Shown: piece by piece, positions 61,465-64,000 of the stretch
Position numbering within the stretch: the first letter of the stretch is position 1
How the letters are laid out: each line of letters begins with the position of its first letter
Assembly (NCBI GenBank): GCA_965230295.1
Contig: OZ246001.1
Span: 3,808,001 to 3,872,000 of the forward strand
DNA length: 64,000 bases
Direction of reading: 5' to 3'
Source: Marinicella sp.
Lineage (GTDB): Bacteria; Pseudomonadota; Gammaproteobacteria; Xanthomonadales; Marinicellaceae
Translations under genes and position numbers: made by a program
The notes under the pieces: model-generated
The model's database searches: none
Told to the model about the DNA's origin: nothing
The model's input: only the letters and a program-made list of their open reading frames with translations

Positions 61465-62874
61465 ATGCAAACGCATTCAATCAAAACATTACTCAATGCT
61501 GCAGAAAGCGGTATTGAAACAGGTTCTACCGTACAAATCAAAGGGTGGATCAGAACCACCAGAGACTCAAAAGGTGGATTTTCATTCTTGGTGGTTCATG
61601 ATGGTTCATGTTTCGATGGTATTCAGGTGGTGGCTAACAATGAATTGGCCAACTATGAAAATGAAGTATTGAAGTTGTTCACTGGCTGTTCTGTGATCGT
61701 AAATGGCCAATTGGTCGAATCTGGTGGTAAAGGCCAATCAGTTGAGATTCATGCCAATGTGGTTGAAGTGGTTGGCTGGGTTGAAAACCCAGACACCTAC
61801 CCTGTTCAACCCAAACGACACACCATGGAATTTTTACGTGAGGTCGCCCACTTGCGTCCGCGCACCAACACATTCAGTGCCATGCTCAGAGTGAGAAACA
61901 CCATGGCTCAGGCAGTACACCAGTACTTCAACCAACATGGCTATTTTTGGTTACACACACCCATCATCACAGCCAGTGATTGTGAAGGTGCTGGTGATTT
62001 GTTCAGGGTCTCAACTTTAGACATGATGAACTTACCCAAAGACGACAAAGGTCAGGTTGACTATGCCAAAGATTTCTTTGGAAAAGAAGCCTATTTAACT
62101 GTATCTGGCCAGCTCAACGCAGAAACTTATGCCTGTGCTTTGAGCAAGGTCTATACTTTCGGCCCCACGTTCCGTGCTGAAAATTCTCACACCCAGAGAC
62201 ATTTGGCTGAGTTCTGGATGATTGAACCTGAAGTGGCCTTTGCTGACTTGAATGATGCAGCTCAACTGGCTGAAGATTTTTTGAAATTTCTGGTCCAGCA
62301 AGTGTTGGAAAATAACATGGATGACATGAAATTTTTCAATAGTTTTGTAGATAAAACGGCCATCAATCGCTTGGAAGCCTTACTCAAAGACAGCTTTGAA
62401 CGAGTGAATTATGCCGATGCTTTGGACATCCTTAAAGATTCTGGTGAATCATTTGAATACCCGGTTGAGTGGGGGCTGGATTTACAAACAGAACATGAGC
62501 GTTATTTGACCGAAAAACACTTTAAAAAGCCCATTGTCGTGATGAACTATCCAGAAGAAATCAAACCTTTCTACATGCGATTGAATGACGATGGTAAAAC
62601 CGTCGCTGCCATGGATGTTTTGGTTCCTGGTGTGGGTGAAATCATGGGTGGTTCTCAGCGTGAAGAACGCTTGGATTACTTGCTGAATCGTATGGAACAT
62701 CATCAATTAGATCCTGAGGAATACAAATGGTACACCGATTTGCGTCGATATGGCACAGTACCCCACTCCGGATTTGGTGCTGGATTTGAGAGGTTGGTCA
62801 GCTATGTCACCGGTTTATCCAATGTCAGGGATGTGATTCCATTCCCAAGAACACCTGGAACTGCGAAATTCTGA
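61465..62874 (+). CDS. asnS: Asparagine--tRNA ligase
   Basis: [54 protein letters not shown]; RBS AAGGAG. Confidence 0.98.
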   Translation: MQTHSIKTLLNAAESGIETGSTVQIKGWIRTTRDSKGGFSFLVVHDGSCFDGIQVVANNELANYENEVLKLFTGCSVIVNGQLVESGGKGQSVEIHANVVEVVGWVENPDTYPVQPKRHTMEFLREVAHLRPRTNTFSAMLRVRNTMAQAVHQYFNQHGYFWLHTPIITASDCEGAGDLFRVSTLDMMNLPKDDKGQVDYAKDFFGKEAYLTVSGQLNAETYACALSKVYTFGPTFRAENSHTQRHLAEFWMIEPEVAFADLNDAAQLAEDFLKFLVQQVLENNMDDMKFFNSFVDKTAINRLEALLKDSFERVNYADALDILKDSGESFEYPVEWGLDLQTEHERYLTEKHFKKPIVVMNYPEEIKPFYMRLNDDGKTVAAMDVLVPGVGEIMGGSQREERLDYLLNRMEHHQLDPEEYKWYTDLRRYGTVPHSGFGAGFERLVSYVTGLSNVRDVIPFPRTPGTAKF

Positions 62875-62897
62875 TTTTAGACCCATGAATCCTGTCT

Positions 62898-62922
62898 AAG
62901 GGCGAGCTGATCGCCCTTTTTT
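62898..62922 (+). terminator. Intrinsic terminator after asnS
   Basis: aagggcga/tcgccctt followed by a T-run. Confidence 0.8.
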
Positions 62923-63013
62923 ATGAGGCGTTTTAAACCGATTTATAATTCCTTAGGTTAAATACTCTATTCACTGCATCTATAATGGCGATAAATTAAA
63001 TCACTGCTTAAAC

Positions 63014-63814
63014 ATGCAAACCATTGAAGAATTCTTTGCCAACTTGTGGCAACAATACACAGCCATCAATCCACAGGCACGTGCCATTCATTCTTTATTA
63101 GAAAAACGTGGTGAAAAGGTGGTTAACGATCATGTGGCATTAAGAACATTCAACACGGAAAAGTTGGGTATAGATAGGCTGGCAACGATCTTTGAGGACA
63201 TGGGTTATGAAAATCGTGGCCAATATGATTTCACTGCCAAACAATTAAACGCCTACCATTTTGAACACAAGAACAATCCCAATCATCCAAAAATATTCAT
63301 CAGTGAATTGATCACTGAATCATTTTCTGATGATTTACAAGACATCATAAAACGTTTGGATGATGAAGTGGCCCCGGATGAAGTTTTTGAACCCGATTTT
63401 TTGTACACTGGCAGACCCTGGAATTTGAGTTTCACTGAATACATCCAATTGTTGCAAGAAAGTGAGTACGCCGCATGGACAGCAGCTTTCGGATACCGTG
63501 CCAATCATTTCACTGTTTCAATCAATCATTTGAACACTTTTTTTGACATCGAATCTTTGAATCAGTTTATTTTAGATAATGGCTTTGCCATGAATGAATC
63601 GGGCGGATTAATCAAAGGCTCAGCAGAACAGCTATTGGAACAGTCTTCAACCATGGCACCGATGGTGAATCTAGAATTCAGTGATGTCAATCATTTGGTA
63701 CCAAGTTGTTTTTATGAGTTTGCTAAACGTTACCCCACTGAGTCTGGTCAGCTATACCAAGGATTCATTGCGGCATCGGCTGATAAAATTTTCGAAAGCA
63801 CAAACACCCAATAA
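63014..63814 (+). CDS. DUF1338 family protein (HglS/YdcJ-like VOC fold)
   Basis: NDHVALRTF, PKIFISEL, ESEYAAW...ANHFTVS, LLEQSS, FYEFAKR, GFIAASADKIFEST. Confidence 0.85.
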   Translation: MQTIEEFFANLWQQYTAINPQARAIHSLLEKRGEKVVNDHVALRTFNTEKLGIDRLATIFEDMGYENRGQYDFTAKQLNAYHFEHKNNPNHPKIFISELITESFSDDLQDIIKRLDDEVAPDEVFEPDFLYTGRPWNLSFTEYIQLLQESEYAAWTAAFGYRANHFTVSINHLNTFFDIESLNQFILDNGFAMNESGGLIKGSAEQLLEQSSTMAPMVNLEFSDVNHLVPSCFYEFAKRYPTESGQLYQGFIAASADKIFESTNTQ

Positions 63815-63823
63815 TTTAAATCA

Positions 63824-64000
63824 TTACCCGGCTTGGCCATCAACCCTCGGCAACCACCAAATCGGTAGATAACGGCTGATGAACAAGCCAAAACCTAAGA
63901 CCCAAAATACCACAGACATGGTTAAGGTCCATTGGTAAGGTATCAGGTTGACCACTGGAACCAAAACCCGAGACAAGGTTGCAAACACCAGTGCCAAGAA
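63824..64000 (-). CDS. nnrS: 3' end of NnrS-family membrane protein (start outside window)
   Basis: Translates ...FWVLGFGLFISRYLPIWWLPRVDGQAG*, the typical NnrS C-terminus. Confidence 0.7.
   Translation of the reverse strand, partial: FLALVFATLSRVLVPVVNLIPYQWTLTMSVVFWVLGFGLFISRYLPIWWLPRVDGQAG

Overview
Bacterial chromosome segment. Gene content and protein tails suggest a marine gammaproteobacterium, Marinicella/Xanthomonadales-like (inference). The window has two parts, divided by a canonical XerCD dif site at 48133-48160. Left (1-48.1 kb) is an AT-rich accessory region of secreted proteins: about 10 full or near-full FG-GAP (integrin-alpha-like, mostly 7-blade) propeller genes plus about 5 remnants, two LRR proteins, a BspA/DUF285 protein, a CotH kinase, a trypsin-like protease, an alpha/beta hydrolase with two broken copies, and many pseudogenes. 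It also holds a Tn7-like operon (tnsA-tnsB-tnsC-tniQ) followed by a tyrosine recombinase whose catalytic residues look degenerate. Right (48.3-64 kb) is mostly housekeeping: Usp, haloalkane dehalogenase, katG, DUF1684, rlmKL, purT, cyclophilin, lpxH, aminotransferase, asnS, DUF1338, nnrS. Main observations: (1) a shared C-terminal tail D-x-[IV]-F-x-[ND]-[GS]-F-[DE] on about 20 proteins or remnants from 8 unrelated families, a candidate sorting or docking signal; (2) a TGCAAC-N15-TGCAWC direct repeat with exact 21-bp spacing upstream of 8 of these genes; (3) a conserved long 3' hairpin with a C/U-rich, anti-SD-like loop after five FG-GAP genes; (4) the Tn7-like element with an apparently dead recombinase, possibly a target selector, near dif. 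All calls come from reading the sequence by eye; no database searches were run.
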